Shown piece after piece: positions 62,220 to 64,000 of a DNA stretch of 64,000 nucleotides. The notes under the pieces are model-generated. The model did no database searches. It saw only the letters and a list, made by a program, of their open reading frames with translations, and was not told the DNA's origin. The stretch spans positions 1,760,001 through 1,824,000 of the forward strand of contig CP170459.1 in assembly GCA_047947115.1 (NCBI GenBank), written 5' to 3'. The position numbers were made by a program, and so were the translations under genes. Every line of letters starts with the position of its first letter. Position 1 is the stretch's first letter. The DNA is from Verrucomicrobiota bacterium. Lineage in GTDB: Bacteria > Verrucomicrobiota > Verrucomicrobiia > Limisphaerales > AAA164-E04.

Positions 62220-62288
62220 TCTCACTACAAGGCACAAAGTCACAAAGAAGGGGGATAAAACTTTGTGTCCTGGTGTCTTTGTGTGAGA
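62220..62288. repeat. CACACAAAG-family palindromic repeat
   Basis: TCTCACTACAAGGCACAAAGTCACAAAG...CTTTGTGTCCTGGTGTCTTTGTGTGAGA. Confidence 0.8.
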
Positions 62289-62507
62289 AAGATTTGGTGC
62301 TGGTTCAATCTGAAAGGCTACCCGACTACCTCACAGGGTTTTGTTCTGGTGTGATCATCATAATGTTCAAATAAAAAGGGGACAAACGTGGAGTTCTTCA
62401 GGTGATCTTTTTTCTGATACTCAGATGTCTTGTTTTGGTATGTGGATTGGGGGGAGTATTTCCTTTTGTTTCGGTTCTTTCGTAGTTAGTTTGTCATGTA
62501 AGCAAGT

Positions 62508-64000
62508 ATGAAAAGGACTCAGAAAATGAGAAGCATGTGTCAGGAGATTACGCAGAGGCTGTTTTGTGGGATCTTTGCGATTGGTTTAGCTGGGGCGGCA
62601 ATGTCTCAGCAGCAAAGTGACTGGGCTAATAAAGAGGGTCGTGAGGAGATGATTCTCATTTACGATCAGAAGCTGGACGAGGCGATTCAGCTTTATGGAA
62701 AAAGGTTGGAGGATGATCCGAATCGTCAGGAGGCTTTGTTTGGTTTGGCGGTGGCTCATGCTGCCAGGGGGGAAGGGGAACTGGCGATGGATTTTGTCAA
62801 ACGCGCACTGGTTGCCGGGTTGCCTTTCGAACGATTCCTGGTGGGACCGCGTGAGATACTGAAACCACTCAATATGCTCTCGGCTTTTCGGAATTTGGCA
62901 GCGGAACAGCAGGCACTCCTGATACACGGTCCAATGTTGGGCGCGGTGACGGATCATTCGGCCCGGTTTTGGGTGAGGACTCATCGAGAGGCTTCGTTCG
63001 CGGTGGAGCTGTTTCCAATTCGTCAGGGACGTTTCAGCGAATCGGTCCTTTCTGATAGGGTGCACACTTCATCCGCGAACGATTTCACTGGTGTGGTCGA
63101 AGTGGACGGTCTCAAAGCGGATCAAGCTTATCGATATCGTCTCATTCTGGATGGCGAGAAATATTCGGATTATTACGATTTTAAAACTTTTCCAAAAAGG
63201 AATCGACCTGCGGTTTTCAATGTGGTCTTTGGTGGCGGAGCGGCTTACACACCGGAATACGAACGTGTCTTCACGACTATCAAGAGTCACTTCCCGCTCG
63301 CCTTTCTGCAACTCGGGGACAATGTTTACGTGGATCAACCTGAGAAACGGGCCATACAACGGTATTGCTATTATCGACGTCAATCTTCAGTTCCTTACCG
63401 ATCTCTGGCGGCGTCCGTGAACATCGCTTCCATTTGGGATGATCACGATTTTGGAGACGATGATTGCTGGTATGGGGATGATCCTGATTCCCCTGCATGG
63501 AAACGTACGGTGTTGAAGACATTTCAAGAGAATTGGAATAATCACTCTTACGGCCATGGAGATCGTATGCCGGGTTGTTTTCATGATTTCTACATTGGGG
63601 ACGTTCATTTTATCATGCTGGATTGCCGTTATTATCGAACAAACCCCAGGGAAGCCAACGGGCGCACCATGTTGGGCACGCATCAGAAGCAGTGGTTGTT
63701 CGATACCCTGGAGCGGTCCAGAGGAACTTTCAAGATCATCGCCTCTTCAGTACCCTTTGCGTCGGGAGTAAAACCGGGGAGTCGGGATCCCTGGGACGGT
63801 TATCCGGAAGAGCGTGCGGAAATTTTCGAATTTATTCGAAAAGAACGAGTGGAAGGTGTGGCTCTGATCGCGGCCGATCGTCATCGGTCGGACATCTGGC
63901 GTATCGAACGTCCGGAGGCCTATCCTCTTTACGAATTCATGTCCTCGCGCCTGACCAATATCCATATTCACAAGGTCATGGAAAAAAGTATGTATGGCTA
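62508..64000 (+). CDS. phoD: PhoD-family alkaline phosphatase/phosphodiesterase (partial, runs off the right edge; absent from the ORF track)
   Basis: Manual translation shows HGPMLGAVTDHSARFWVRT, FLQLGDNVYVD, IWDDHDFG, MLDCRYYR, WDGYPEER and ADRH. Confidence 0.9.
   Translation, partial: MKRTQKMRSMCQEITQRLFCGIFAIGLAGAAMSQQQSDWANKEGREEMILIYDQKLDEAIQLYGKRLEDDPNRQEALFGLAVAHAARGEGELAMDFVKRALVAGLPFERFLVGPREILKPLNMLSAFRNLAAEQQALLIHGPMLGAVTDHSARFWVRTHREASFAVELFPIRQGRFSESVLSDRVHTSSANDFTGVVEVDGLKADQAYRYRLILDGEKYSDYYDFKTFPKRNRPAVFNVVFGGGAAYTPEYERVFTTIKSHFPLAFLQLGDNVYVDQPEKRAIQRYCYYRRQSSVPYRSLAASVNIASIWDDHDFGDDDCWYGDDPDSPAWKRTVLKTFQENWNNHSYGHGDRMPGCFHDFYIGDVHFIMLDCRYYRTNPREANGRTMLGTHQKQWLFDTLERSRGTFKIIASSVPFASGVKPGSRDPWDGYPEERAEIFEFIRKERVEGVALIAADRHRSDIWRIERPEAYPLYEFMSSRLTNIHIHKVMEKSMYG

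Noticed and set aside
52055..62288. Integron cassette array
   Set aside because: No integrase seen, the repeats lack clear attC RYYYAAC/GTTRRRY ends, and ordinary genes lie between the islands.
62586..63971. Short ORFs listed at the right end
   Set aside because: They overlap the continuous plus-strand PhoD frame, which is missing from the track because it has no stop in the window.
1..64000. tRNA (including tRNA-Sec), rRNA, riboswitch or prophage
   Set aside because: None recognised by eye; Infernal or tRNAscan would be needed to exclude small RNAs.

Overview
64-kb bacterial chromosomal window with a PVC-superphylum gene repertoire: two DUF1549/DUF1553-DUF1501 pairs, sulfatases, a PVC-type heme-binding dehydrogenase, a prepilin-like H-X9-DG protein and C-terminal 'S.D...W...(Y/F)R' sorting-like tails. 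It is most consistent with Verrucomicrobiota (inference). Housekeeping genes include nadK, tlyA, mlaEFD, infC (ATT start), a TerC-family gene, solA, an ArsS-like radical SAM gene and a partial phoD. There are two complete IS elements with 8-bp target duplications (ISL3 at 4647-5994, IS4 family at 53238-54708). No rRNA, tRNA or CRISPR array was seen. Highlight 1: a selenoprotein hidden by the ORF track. It is a secreted thioredoxin-fold protein with in-frame UGA in a W-U-G-T-C motif, a SECIS-like hairpin, and an adjacent Cys paralogue fused to an outer-membrane beta-barrel. Highlight 2: an uncharacterised, repeated two-gene module (secreted protein A plus membrane-anchored protein B) with 4 A-position genes and 5 B genes. 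The three homologous A copies at 52-62 kb are each inactivated in a different way while their B partners are intact. The modules share an upstream DNA motif, and the right-hand islands are bracketed by palindromic repeats. Highlight 3: a ~925-aa membrane-tethered ECF sigma factor split by one in-frame TAA. Highlight 4: a sulfocyanin-like cupredoxin with His at the axial Met position.
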